Part shown: positions 19,997 to 30,253 of the stretch, in pieces | Layout of the letters: the number at the start of each line of letters is the position of its first letter | Numbering within the stretch: position 1 is the stretch's first letter | From: a virus | IMG/VR virus record: IMGVR_UViG_3300036770_004511 | Location: 3,672 to 67,671 of that record | DNA: 64,000 bases | Strand: one strand, 5' to 3' | Translations under genes and position numbers: made by a program | Notes under the pieces: model-generated | Database searches by the model: none | What the model saw: the letters and a program-made list of their open reading frames with translations, nothing else | What the model was told of the DNA's origin: nothing

Positions 19997-21658
19997 TTAC
20001 CCGTATCTGCGTATCTTGTTTCTAGGCCAAGTACGTCCATTTGCAGGTCTCACTTTAAAATTCTTTTTAGGAAAAACATTTCCATTGACTGGTCTTTCGT
20101 TTTTATAAACTGCATACTTGTTAGGTCCTCCGTAGAGTAAATTATACGAAAGATAATTACTAGCACCGTAGGCAGTACTGAATGCTCCATCGTCTAATAT
20201 ACCCGAATTAGCGTAGGTAGTGATGTAGGTCAAAGCCTGTGCTGAGGTTAGATTAGGATAAGTTTCTAAAGCACAAGCAATTAATCCGCAGACCTGTGGC
20301 GAAGCCATACTGGTTCCACCTTTAATTGATTTGTAAAAACCAGAGTTTCTACTGTCTGCAACACCTGCAACTTGATCGGCACTAGTAACACCACTGCCAG
20401 CAGCAAAAATATCTGTTCTTGGACCAGCATTGCTATAGTCAGCCTTGCGTTCTGCTATAGTACTGTCAATTGCACTTACATGAATGACCCCGGTAGCAGC
20501 ACCAGGACTAGGACCACGCATGTAATAATAGTTAGAACCTAACTTTAAATAGTTGTTGTAATCAACGCCGCCTTCTCTATCATTGTACATGAAATAGTTT
20601 CCGGCGGCACCAACTAGTATAATTCCATCATTGATACAATCTGCCATGTCTGCGTCAAGACTTCCATCCCTTACATAAAAGACCATTGTGGTTCCTGAGT
20701 CAGGACTAGCTACTAAATCAAAGTTTATCCTGTCTGTAACAGTCCAACCACCGCCGGGTTTGGTATAGACTACACCCTGGTAACCGATTTCTGTGATATT
20801 TTGTAATACAAGACTACTACTAAATCCAAAACTCATATTACAAATCGTAGGATTTTTACGGCCTGTAGCTGGATTAATAGGTTTATTAGCGTGCCAGACT
20901 CTTATGTAATTGAATAAGTCGTAGGTGTAATTGGCATAACCCGAAGAATTAGCTGTACCACCAGCATAAGGACTAATATTATAGATATTAGCATCTCTTG
21001 CCCATCCACAAGTACTGCCGCAGGCGATACCAGCCACGTGATTTCCGTGACCGTTATTGGCTTCTTGTCCTGAGATAAAGTCGTAGACATAGGTTCCTGC
21101 TGCTGTTCCTCTGACCTGTGTATTGTACTGAAACCAATTAAACTGATTTAATCTAGTTGGACCTGTGCCATCTTGCTTAGTACTCCATTCCGGATGTCCT
21201 GGTACACAATGACCGTCTACAATAACTACATCCACATTCTTACCTGTGTTAGTTAAATTGATAGTTCCCGATACTACAGCAGTCCCATCGCTACCCCAGG
21301 TACTACGTTTAACCCCTTCGTAGCCTCTGAGAAGTCCCCAATTTACGTAGGATCCATTGGCAGTACCACCTTTGGCAAAAACGCTGCCTGTCTGATAACC
21401 TTCCATGGGCTGTATTGTGTGTCCTAGATCACGATAGTGTCTGTGAATAGTTTCTACACGTGGATCTTGAGCGAGTTGAGTTACTTCTTCGTCGGTTAAA
21501 TAATAATGTGTACCGCGACTCATTGGTCTACGATAAGCACATTCTACTGTACGATCTGGGACACTGTCTGACCCAAATCTACTTTCCATTTCATCATAGA
21601 ATCGGTCTAGGTCTTCGCCCTGTCTCAATACTACTATATACTCGCGTTCTTCGCTCAT
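19997..21658 (-). CDS. Subtilisin-like (S8) serine protease with N-terminal propeptide-like region
   Basis: Catalytic motifs in order: VDVVIVDG (Asp), HGNHVAGIA (His), AAGN (oxyanion Asn), [11 protein letters not shown] (Ser); EYIVVL at the N-terminus. Confidence 0.9.
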   Translation of the reverse strand: MSEEREYIVVLRQGEDLDRFYDEMESRFGSDSVPDRTVECAYRRPMSRGTHYYLTDEEVTQLAQDPRVETIHRHYRDLGHTIQPMEGYQTGSVFAKGGTANGSYVNWGLLRGYEGVKRSTWGSDGTAVVSGTINLTNTGKNVDVVIVDGHCVPGHPEWSTKQDGTGPTRLNQFNWFQYNTQVRGTAAGTYVYDFISGQEANNGHGNHVAGIACGSTCGWARDANIYNISPYAGGTANSSGYANYTYDLFNYIRVWHANKPINPATGRKNPTICNMSFGFSSSLVLQNITEIGYQGVVYTKPGGGWTVTDRINFDLVASPDSGTTMVFYVRDGSLDADMADCINDGIILVGAAGNYFMYNDREGGVDYNNYLKLGSNYYYMRGPSPGAATGVIHVSAIDSTIAERKADYSNAGPRTDIFAAGSGVTSADQVAGVADSRNSGFYKSIKGGTSMASPQVCGLIACALETYPNLTSAQALTYITTYANSGILDDGAFSTAYGASNYLSYNLLYGGPNKYAVYKNERPVNGNVFPKKNFKVRPANGRTWPRNKIRRYG

Positions 21659-21659
21659 A

Positions 21660-22478
21660 TTAATCCTCTGTCTTTAATAGAGTAAGAGTTACAGTAATTG
21701 CAGCACTACCGCCGCTTAAATTTGTAACTGCCACTGGAATTGTAGTTGTAACTGGATTTTCATCATTGAAACCTAATACAGCCGGAGCCAGAACTATAGT
21801 CTGAGGTGAAGCATTTGTAATAACTTCGGTAACAACACCGGTATCAGGTGTAGGATCTGTGCCTTGTGCGCGACTGCTATCAGCTGTTCTTGCTGCTGCA
21901 CTGGTATACAACCTGATCCAGGCTGCATGAGTGCTGGTAATTTTATAAAGATTATAGCCTTTAAATCCAGCAATATCAATGTTGGCTGTTGTATTATTTG
22001 CTATGCCGCTAGTTGTAGCATTTGTAGTGCTTCTAGTCCATATAGTGCCCGGTGTGCCTGGTGCACCTGCTGAACCAGTGGCTCCCGGACTGCCTGGATC
22101 GCCGGTAGGGCCTGCTGCACCCATTGGTTGAACCCAGTAGTCTGTGGTTCCGTCATTGTAATAAACAAAAATTTCACCACTGTCACTGTTGAACCAAAAG
22201 CTACCCACGCTAGGACTAACAGGGCTAGTGTTACTGATAGTTACAGATGTGCTGCTTCCGTTACCGCCGGTTCCCGGTGATCCCGGAGGTCCAGCTGGTC
22301 CGGTAGCACCAGTTGCTCCTATTCCTCCTGGTGATCCAGGAGCTCCACCAGTGATATTCCCTACCACTGTGGTCAGTGCTGAATATACTATGTTACTACT
22401 AAGCAAATTTTCAGTGGTTAAAATCTGCACATTACTGGCAGAATCTAATCCTTTAGGGTTAAACTTTTTTATAGCCAT
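21660..22478 (-). CDS. Short collagen-containing virion protein with APxSP-type module and C-terminal beta domain
   Basis: ISNTSPVSPSVGSFWFNSDSGEIFVYYNDG; Gly-X-Y stubs; AAWIRLY...RTADSSR...DP domain. Confidence 0.7.
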   Translation of the reverse strand: MAIKKFNPKGLDSASNVQILTTENLLSSNIVYSALTTVVGNITGGAPGSPGGIGATGATGPAGPPGSPGTGGNGSSTSVTISNTSPVSPSVGSFWFNSDSGEIFVYYNDGTTDYWVQPMGAAGPTGDPGSPGATGSAGAPGTPGTIWTRSTTNATTSGIANNTTANIDIAGFKGYNLYKITSTHAAWIRLYTSAAARTADSSRAQGTDPTPDTGVVTEVITNASPQTIVLAPAVLGFNDENPVTTTIPVAVTNLSGGSAAITVTLTLLKTED

Positions 22479-22479
22479 T

Positions 22480-25400
22480 TTACACCTTCACATAAGTTTT
22501 CTGTAACTTTACTACATTCCCGCTGCCTGCACCTGTGCCTAATAATCTGACTTGACCGCTTGATATATCTGTTGAAAAGGTCATTAATGCTGCTGCTCCT
22601 GTGTACACTGTGGCATAAGTAACCAATTGGGCCGTGGTTCCGTTGTGCACTATCATGGCTTCAGTGGCTTGATACTCTGTAGAATTGCTGATACTGATCA
22701 CATATTTGGCGGTTCTAATATTAGTTGTTCCAAATTGATCCAAAGCAATTGCTGAAGTATTTACTTGAATACCTGTAGGATCTGCCGTAATAGGATCAGT
22801 GCCTAATTGATTACTAAAACCTTGTACTACAATATCTGCGTTAGCATCAGGAACACCCGCAAAACTTAGTAGATTATCAGCAATAGTAAAATCTATGTCA
22901 GGTATTTGATAAACACTGTCAACAAAAACCACAACACTCCTACTAGAAACCAAACTAGTAGATAAAGAATAATTACTAGCTACACCGTTTCCAGTGAATC
23001 GATCCACAAAACCTGTGGTTAATATAACATTCCCAATGTTACCGGCAGTAGCAGTCACAGTAATTGTTACATTTGAACCTGATGTAGTGGCTTCTACCGC
23101 CGAACCAACAAAATTCAAACTGCTTATACTGCCAGCTACCAATGTTCCTTCATCGTAAACAGTAATATTAGCTGAAGTTCCAGCCGGCCCCGGTGCTCCG
23201 GTAGCGCCAGTGGATCCTATACCGGTGGCTCCTGTGGCACCTTCTGTACCAGGAGTACCCGGTGTCCCGGCTGAGCCTGATGATCCTGTGGCTCCGACAG
23301 GGCCAGTAGCCCCTGTACTGCCTTGTGGCCCTGCTATACCTGTGGCTCCTCCTGGTGTTCCTGGTGCTCCAGTGGCGCCTTGTGGGCCTGTAGCACCATA
23401 GGTATTGGTACTGCTTTGTACAATAATTTCGCTGTTTGTAACAGGAGCACTAGTAAATATAATCCACGAACTGTTGCTGGTAAAATTTGTACCAGGAATT
23501 TGATATATTCCATCAACAAAAGCAATTAGCTGATTAGTATTAGCTACATTAGCAGCAAGATCAAAAGCTACTTCTGCGCCTGTGCCAACAAATGTTCTTG
23601 TAAATGACTCAACTGGGCTGGCATTGTTTACTCCCGGAGTTCCTGGGGGGCCAATCGGGCCTGTACTACCAGTAGCTCCTGCTACACCAGGCGTGCCAAC
23701 TGAACCTGTTGCCCCAGTACTTCCTACTGTGCCCGGAGAACCCGGAGAACCCGGAGAACCTGTTACGCCTGTGGCACCTGTGGCGCCCGGGCCGCCTGCA
23801 GTTCCTGGAGTGCCTGGGGTTCCCGCTGCACCACTTGCTCCCACTGGACCAGTGGCACCAGTAGCTCCTGCTGTACCAGCTGAGCCAGGGTTGCCAGGGT
23901 TGCCGGCAGGACCCGTTGCACCGGTAGCCCCATTTAATCCAGCTCCACCAATAAATGGTGTTCCGTTACTGTAAAAATATTGACTAGCATATACTGCTAC
24001 ATTAGCTAAAAAGTTATTAGCTCTGATATTACCTTCGGTGTCTATGCCTCCGGCTACAATAAAATCGTTAGCAGTAAACAATGTACTACTGCCACCAACT
24101 TCAATCCAACCATTGGCCAGGTACACAGCTAGTTTACCATTGTCACTGTCTAGCCATAAGTCCCCTTCTTGTGGGTTCAACGGTGCTGTCGCGCTGACTG
24201 CTACCTGTGCTCCTCCAGTAGCATTACCACCACTGGCAGCAATTAGCGTACCACTATGTTGTACTGTGATTTCACTGTTGGCAACAGGAGGATTATAAAA
24301 ACTTATATAAGTGCTGTTGGCACTAAAATTCACACCTGGTATTTGATAGATACCGTCAATGTGAATTAGTAAGCTATTTTGACCAGCTATGTTTCCCGAA
24401 AGGACATAGTTTACATTGGTTCCATCAGCAGTAATATTCTGGCTAAACGGCCAGTACCAGCGACTTTCAAGATCAATAACCGGTGTAGTATTTTGTATTA
24501 TAATTTCTGCATTAGCAGCCGGAGCACCAACAAATGTAACATAGTCAGCGTTAGCTGTAAAATTAATACCAGGAAGTTGATATATACCATCAACATGCAC
24601 CACCAAACTATTACCACTGAAAGTGTTACTAGTCAGTGGATAATTAGTCTGTGCCCCAGTCCCTATACTTTGTTGAGTAAATGGTTGGAATCTTGCATCG
24701 TAAAAACTGCCCGGGTCACCTTTTATACCAGTAGCGCCTGTGGCACCTGCGCCTGTGGCTCCTGTTGCACCTATAGGACCATTGGCTCCGTCAGGACCGG
24801 CCGGTCCTTGTATACCAGTGGCACCTGTTGCACCACCGGGATCTCCTGGGCTGCCCGTAGGTCCTTGTATACCAGTGGCACCTGTTGCACCACCTGGGTC
24901 TCCTGTGTCACCTTTTTCACCTGCTATACCAGTGGCGCCGCGTGGACCAGTAGCGCCCGTTGATCCTGGGCCCCCGGGACCTCCTGCAGGACCTGTGGCT
25001 CCTGTGGCACCGCCGGGACTACCCGGACTTCCTGGATCCCCCGGTGTACCCGAAGGACCTGTGGCTCCTGTGGCGCCCGATCCTCCTGGACTTCCTGGAC
25101 TTCCTGGTTCACCAGGTATACCTGCTGGGCCTGTTGCTCCGCCAGGGTCTCCTGGAACACCAGCTGGGCCAGAAGCTCCTGTAGCTCCAGTGGCGCCTCC
25201 GGGATCTCCTTGATCCCCTTTAGGTCCAGTTGCGCCTGTGGATCCATCTATACCATCAGTGCCGTCGGCACCACTTGGGCCTGTTGCGCCTGTTGCACCT
25301 GTGGCTCCCAAATCACCTGGTGTACCAACTTCGCCCGGTTCACCCGGAGCACCGTCTGGTCCTGTTGCGCCTGTTGCACCGCCCGGATCGCCAGGTTCTC

Positions 25401-28400
25401 CTGCCACACCAGTTGCGCCTGTTGCACCACCGGGATCGCCGGTATCGCCTTTTGGTCCGGTAGCACCGGTAGCTCCACTCGCACCAATACCAGTTGCACC
25501 TTGGCTACCAGTAGCTCCCGGAGGTCCTTGGATACCAGTTGCACCCCCAGGTCCTGTTGCGCCTGTGGATCCAATCTCTCCATCGATACCAGTGGCACCG
25601 CGTGGTCCCGTGGCACCAGTAACACCTGTTGCGCCAATACCTGTTGCGCCTGTAGCACCATATGGTCCAGTGGCTCCGGTGCTGCCTGTTTGTCCTGTGT
25701 CGCCCTTGGCACCAGTTAAACCAATTGAGCCAGTAGCACCTGTGGATCCAATATTGCCTGTGATACCAGTAGCGCCTGTGGCACCAGGAAATCCTATATT
25801 TCCTTGAGCACCCGGAACTGCTGTACTAATATCTAACCAGAATGAATCAAATTGATTATTGACCCAAACATACAGTATATCATTGTCTGAGTTATACCAT
25901 AATGAACCAGTGACTGGGTTGATTGGGGCTGTAGAACTAACTGTAATTTCTGTAGGTCCAGTAGCACCTTGTATACCAGTCGCGCCTGTGGCACCAACGC
26001 CTGTAGCTCCTGTTGCACCTGTATCACCCTGCGGCCCAGTTGCACCTTGCGCTCCAGTGGCTCCTGTTGCACCCGACGGATCACCCGGGTCACCTTTAGC
26101 ACCAGTAGCTCCAGTTGCTCCAGAATCGCCCGGAGTTCCTGCCGTGCCCGGGTCTCCTGGAGTGCCACCAGGACCGGTAGCGCCAGTTGCGCCACCACCG
26201 CCAATGAAGGGCACACCATTGGCATACAAGAACGTTCCTGCCCTAACACTAGTGAATACAGCGTTCTCTACTGTACTAAATGTTATGCTTTGATATGGTA
26301 CTGCGTTAGCGTTACTGGTTATAACAATGTTATTTCCAGAGCGTATAGTAACATGGTCTAGCCCAACTGCTACTAACTGTTCACTGTTTTCTACTTCCCA
26401 GTATTTGAAAGTAGAATTCATAGCAACTAAAACATTACCGTTGCCTCTATCTCGTACTTCAAATCCCGATTCTTCATCAAATAACAAACTAGAAACTGTA
26501 GATACTGTAACATTAGGTTGTAAATTACCTATGTGCAGTGTACCAACAGTAAGAAATGTTGGTCCTGTGGCACCTGTAGCGCCACCAGGGTCACCCTGTG
26601 GTCCTGTGGCTCCTGTACTACCTGTAAATCCTGATGCACCAGTTGCACCATCTGGGCCTGCTGGACCAATTGGGCCTACTGGCCCTGTGCTACCAGTAGC
26701 ACCATTTACACCAGGAGTGCCCGGTAATCCGCTTGCGCCTGTGGCACCATCATTGCCCTGCGAACCAGGTGCGCCAGCTGGGCCCGTTGCACCCGTGGCA
26801 CCATTGACTCCGGGTGTACCTGGAATACCCGATGCACCTGTGGCACCTAATAGTCCTTCCCCTGGCGGTCCAGCAATACCTGTGGCGCCAGTGGCACCCA
26901 TTCCAGCATATTCACCAGGTAGACCTTGTGGACCAGTGGCTCCTGTGTTACCTGTGTCACCCGGTGGCCCTTGTATACCAGTTGCACCAGTGGCTCCATC
27001 TACACCGTCGGTGCCTGGCAGCCCTGATGCTCCAGTGGCCCCTGTACTACCTAAATTACCAATTGGACCTTGTATACCAGTTGCACCTGTGGCTCCAGTG
27101 ATACCCGGTGTACCTGGTAGTCCAGTAGCACCTTGATCTCCATCTACACCGCTAGGACCAACCGGCCCGGGTAGTCCTGTAGCACCTGTAGCACCATCTG
27201 CACCATTGCGTCCTGGTAATCCCGATGCTCCAGTAGCCCCTGTGCTACCTAAATCTCCAATTGGCCCTTGTATACCAGTAGCACCACTAGCACCTGTTAC
27301 ACCCGGTGTACCCGGTAAACCAGTGGCTCCTTGTTCTCCATCTTCGCCTCGTGGACCGACTGGTCCCGGTAATCCTGTAGCACCGGTGGCACCTTGGCCT
27401 GCGAACTCTCCTGGTAAACCTTGTGGACCAGTTGCTCCTGTGTCACCTTTATCCCCCGGAGGGCCGGCTATACCAGTAGCACCTGTAGCACCGTTTACCC
27501 CTGGAGTACCCGGTAATCCGCTTGCTCCTTGATCTCCAGTCTCGCCACGTGGTCCCACTGGCCCTTGTATACCAGTTGCGCCTGTAGCGCCATCAATACC
27601 AGGTAATCCTTGTAGACCAGACGCTCCTTGCTCGCCGGTATCACCTTTTGGTCCCACTGGGCCCGAAATACCTGTGGCTCCTGTAGCTCCTGCTGTGCCC
27701 GGGGCACCAGGAATACCACTAGCGCCTGTATCCCCTGTTTCACCTTGTGGGCCCACTGGCCCTTGTATACCAGTGGCACCGGTCGCTCCATCAATACCTG
27801 CTATGCCCTGTAGACCACTAGCGCCAGTGGCACCTTGTTCGCCTGCTGGGCCCACTGGCCCAGCTAATCCAGTTGCACCTGTAGATCCTACGGTACCAGC
27901 TGTACCCGGTAATCCTGTAGCTCCTTGTTCGCCAGTTTCACCACGTGGACCCACTGGACCTTGTATACCAGTCGCGCCTGTTGATCCATCAATCCCCGGC
28001 AATCCAGTTAAACCGGTGGCCCCTTGTTCGCCTGTTTCTCCGCGCGGCCCTACTGGTCCTTGTATACCAGTAGCGCCAGTTGATCCATCTAATCCTGCTG
28101 TGCCTTGAAAACCAGTGGCACCTTGTTCCCCTGTATCACCTTTGGCTCCCACAGGTCCTTGTATACCAGTTGCACCTGTACTACCTGTTATTCCTGGAGT
28201 TCCTGCTAACCCAGTAGCTCCTTGTTCCCCATCTATACCACGTGGTCCCACTGGCCCTTGTATACCAGTTGCGCCAGTAGCTCCGTCCAATCCTGCTGTG
28301 CCTTGTAGCCCGGTGGCACCCTGTTCTCCGGTATCACCTTTTGGACCTACTGGGCCCGAGATACCAGTGGCTCCTGTAGCACCATCTATTCCTGCTGTAC

Positions 28401-29826
28401 CTTGTAACCCACTTGCGCCTGTAGCACCCACCGAGCCTGCAGGGCCCACGGGCCCAGGTAAACCACTTGCACCAGTGGCGCCATCTATACCTGCTGTACC
28501 TGCAGGACCAGTTGCTCCAGTAGAACCCTGTATACCAGAGGGACCAATCGGTCCTGCTATACCTGTGGCACCTACTGTGCCCGGTGTTCCTGGAATTCCA
28601 AATCCGGTCGCACCTTGTTCTCCAGTGTCTCCTTTTGGTCCTACTGGGCCTGGCAGTCCGGTGGCACCAGTGGCTCCTACAGGACCTGTAGCCCCGGGTT
28701 CTCCTATACCAGTAGCACCTTGTTGCCCGGGTAGTCCAGGCGCACCTGCTATACCAGTGGCACCAGTTGAACCCAAATCTCCGGATGGCCCAGGAGTTCC
28801 TGCTATACCTGGTAATCCAGTGGCACCAACAGGACCAGCTATACCTTGAACACCAGCTGGACCGGTAGCACCTTGCGTTCCTGCAGGACCAACAGGACCA
28901 GCTACACCTGTAGCACCTGTAGCGCCTGTAATGCCCGGAACACCTTGACTACCGGTTGCTCCAACAGGGCCTGCAGGACCAGCCGGCCCAAGAGCACCGG
29001 TAGCTCCAATTGATCCTGTGGCTCCAATTACACCCTGCGGGCCTTGAGTGCCTGCGGTTCCTGGCGCACCAGTGGCCCCAGTTAATCCTGGTGCTCCAGT
29101 GGCACCTACACCGGTAAATGCCGCGCCGTTAGCATAAAATATACTGTCTGCGTAGATACTGCCGCCAGCATAGATATTTCCACCTACACCTAATCCGCCG
29201 TCGACAACTAATGCCCCAGTAGTAGGGCTAGTACTTACTGTGATATTACTTAGATATAAACTACCAGCTGATACTGCCGCAGCAGTGCCGGTCACTTGTC
29301 CACTGTCAACCGTGGCATTGGTTAAAAATATCAGTTCACCGGTGCTGTTATCCCAACCAATGAATGCACCCCGATCTGCACCATCCCTATAATAGTGCAT
29401 GAGCAGACCAAGATCTTGTCCATCATCGACAACAAGATCGGCTCCGCCCGGGCCTGTATGAATTTCAAATACACTAGTAGTTACTGTTTCATTACTGGTA
29501 TTAACAGTGGTGGTATTGCCTAAAACCACTAAATTACCGGTTACTACAACATCAACAGCAGCTAGATTGTTTAATGTACCAACCTGTGTGATTTGAGGCT
29601 GGCTTGGTGTCATTATGGTACCATAAATGGTACTTGAGGCTATATTTCCTGCATGTAAATTGCCTGTGATGCCTACGCCACCTTGAACACGCAATGTACC
29701 TGTATCTACATTGATACTGGCAATATTACCTGTTAAGGTTAGTGGAGTGCCTAGTACAGTGTGAGTAAGGTTACTGGTGCTGTCAAAATTACTCAGTACA
29801 ACCGGCTGTCGCAGGTACCTAATCAT
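22480..29826 (-). CDS. Giant collagen-like fibre/stalk protein (2448 aa)
   Basis: Very long Gly-X-Y regions; TGALVVDGGLGVGG beta repeats; four D(G/S)(I/V)YQxP domains; two APxxP-GxLW modules; C-terminal RTAKYVI...EYQATE domain. Confidence 0.85.
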   Translation of the reverse strand: MIRYLRQPVVLSNFDSTSNLTHTVLGTPLTLTGNIASINVDTGTLRVQGGVGITGNLHAGNIASSTIYGTIMTPSQPQITQVGTLNNLAAVDVVVTGNLVVLGNTTTVNTSNETVTTSVFEIHTGPGGADLVVDDGQDLGLLMHYYRDGADRGAFIGWDNSTGELIFLTNATVDSGQVTGTAAAVSAGSLYLSNITVSTSPTTGALVVDGGLGVGGNIYAGGSIYADSIFYANGAAFTGVGATGAPGLTGATGAPGTAGTQGPQGVIGATGSIGATGALGPAGPAGPVGATGSQGVPGITGATGATGVAGPVGPAGTQGATGPAGVQGIAGPVGATGLPGIAGTPGPSGDLGSTGATGIAGAPGLPGQQGATGIGEPGATGPVGATGATGLPGPVGPKGDTGEQGATGFGIPGTPGTVGATGIAGPIGPSGIQGSTGATGPAGTAGIDGATGASGLPGPVGPAGSVGATGASGLQGTAGIDGATGATGISGPVGPKGDTGEQGATGLQGTAGLDGATGATGIQGPVGPRGIDGEQGATGLAGTPGITGSTGATGIQGPVGAKGDTGEQGATGFQGTAGLDGSTGATGIQGPVGPRGETGEQGATGLTGLPGIDGSTGATGIQGPVGPRGETGEQGATGLPGTAGTVGSTGATGLAGPVGPAGEQGATGASGLQGIAGIDGATGATGIQGPVGPQGETGDTGASGIPGAPGTAGATGATGISGPVGPKGDTGEQGASGLQGLPGIDGATGATGIQGPVGPRGETGDQGASGLPGTPGVNGATGATGIAGPPGDKGDTGATGPQGLPGEFAGQGATGATGLPGPVGPRGEDGEQGATGLPGTPGVTGASGATGIQGPIGDLGSTGATGASGLPGRNGADGATGATGLPGPVGPSGVDGDQGATGLPGTPGITGATGATGIQGPIGNLGSTGATGASGLPGTDGVDGATGATGIQGPPGDTGNTGATGPQGLPGEYAGMGATGATGIAGPPGEGLLGATGASGIPGTPGVNGATGATGPAGAPGSQGNDGATGASGLPGTPGVNGATGSTGPVGPIGPAGPDGATGASGFTGSTGATGPQGDPGGATGATGPTFLTVGTLHIGNLQPNVTVSTVSSLLFDEESGFEVRDRGNGNVLVAMNSTFKYWEVENSEQLVAVGLDHVTIRSGNNIVITSNANAVPYQSITFSTVENAVFTSVRAGTFLYANGVPFIGGGGATGATGPGGTPGDPGTAGTPGDSGATGATGAKGDPGDPSGATGATGAQGATGPQGDTGATGATGVGATGATGIQGATGPTEITVSSTAPINPVTGSLWYNSDNDILYVWVNNQFDSFWLDISTAVPGAQGNIGFPGATGATGITGNIGSTGATGSIGLTGAKGDTGQTGSTGATGPYGATGATGIGATGVTGATGPRGATGIDGEIGSTGATGPGGATGIQGPPGATGSQGATGIGASGATGATGPKGDTGDPGGATGATGVAGEPGDPGGATGATGPDGAPGEPGEVGTPGDLGATGATGATGPSGADGTDGIDGSTGATGPKGDQGDPGGATGATGASGPAGVPGDPGGATGPAGIPGEPGSPGSPGGSGATGATGPSGTPGDPGSPGSPGGATGATGPAGGPGGPGSTGATGPRGATGIAGEKGDTGDPGGATGATGIQGPTGSPGDPGGATGATGIQGPAGPDGANGPIGATGATGAGATGATGIKGDPGSFYDARFQPFTQQSIGTGAQTNYPLTSNTFSGNSLVVHVDGIYQLPGINFTANADYVTFVGAPAANAEIIIQNTTPVIDLESRWYWPFSQNITADGTNVNYVLSGNIAGQNSLLIHIDGIYQIPGVNFSANSTYISFYNPPVANSEITVQHSGTLIAASGGNATGGAQVAVSATAPLNPQEGDLWLDSDNGKLAVYLANGWIEVGGSSTLFTANDFIVAGGIDTEGNIRANNFLANVAVYASQYFYSNGTPFIGGAGLNGATGATGPAGNPGNPGSAGTAGATGATGPVGASGAAGTPGTPGTAGGPGATGATGVTGSPGSPGSPGTVGSTGATGSVGTPGVAGATGSTGPIGPPGTPGVNNASPVESFTRTFVGTGAEVAFDLAANVANTNQLIAFVDGIYQIPGTNFTSNSSWIIFTSAPVTNSEIIVQSSTNTYGATGPQGATGAPGTPGGATGIAGPQGSTGATGPVGATGSSGSAGTPGTPGTEGATGATGIGSTGATGAPGPAGTSANITVYDEGTLVAGSISSLNFVGSAVEATTSGSNVTITVTATAGNIGNVILTTGFVDRFTGNGVASNYSLSTSLVSSRSVVVFVDSVYQIPDIDFTIADNLLSFAGVPDANADIVVQGFSNQLGTDPITADPTGIQVNTSAIALDQFGTTNIRTAKYVISISNSTEYQATEAMIVHNGTTAQLVTYATVYTGAAALMTFSTDISSGQVRLLGTGAGSGNVVKLQKTYVKV
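26900..28580. repeat. 99-bp (33-aa, 11-triplet) super-repeat within the collagen region, about 16-17 degenerate units
   Basis: Unit G(A/S)TGATGIQGPVGPRGETGEQGATGLxGxxGxD; tgtataccagt-type motif recurs at ~99-bp spacing (e.g. ~27962, 28061, 28160, 28259). Confidence 0.85.
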
Positions 29827-29831
29827 TGCGG

Positions 29832-30188
29832 TTAGCTCATTACCTCATAGGATATTAAAAACTGTAATAGTCCATTTTGGCTAGCCGAAATACGTATACT
29901 ATCCCCTTCTTCTATGTAGATACCAGTGTCTTTACCAACTATAACCACCGGGGAGCCTAAGCTGACTGGTACATCTACTGCTAGTTTGAAACTTACACTG
30001 TTTCTGTATAAATCCACAGTGCAAGTAGTTGGAGCACCGCCTACATTAGTGACAAATAAACTGTTGACTCTCAGCACTTGATTACTGTTCAAGCCATTGC
30101 TTATAGCCGGCAGCATGGTGGTAGTAACCCACTCTGCGTGGGTTTTTCCAATAATAGTTGTGCTACTGATTAGATTAGGTGCAGCCAT
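29832..30188 (-). CDS. Small conserved virion adaptor-like beta protein (MAAPNL family)
   Basis: MAAPNLISSTTIIGKT...RVNSLFVTNV...IYIEEGDSIR...ISYEVMS. Confidence 0.7.
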   Translation of the reverse strand: MAAPNLISSTTIIGKTHAEWVTTTMLPAISNGLNSNQVLRVNSLFVTNVGGAPTTCTVDLYRNSVSFKLAVDVPVSLGSPVVIVGKDTGIYIEEGDSIRISASQNGLLQFLISYEVMS

Positions 30189-30253
30189 GTTTTATCCAAT
30201 TATTACCAATAATGTATTTAGCGACACCCTATTCCAGTGAGAGTTGGGCATTT

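Noticed and set aside
975-28849. Dozens of plus-strand Pro-rich ORFs (PPPP, PVAPVAP) in the ORF track
   Set aside because: They are antisense shadows of Gly-rich and collagen codons (GGN read as NCC), with no RBS or independent motifs.
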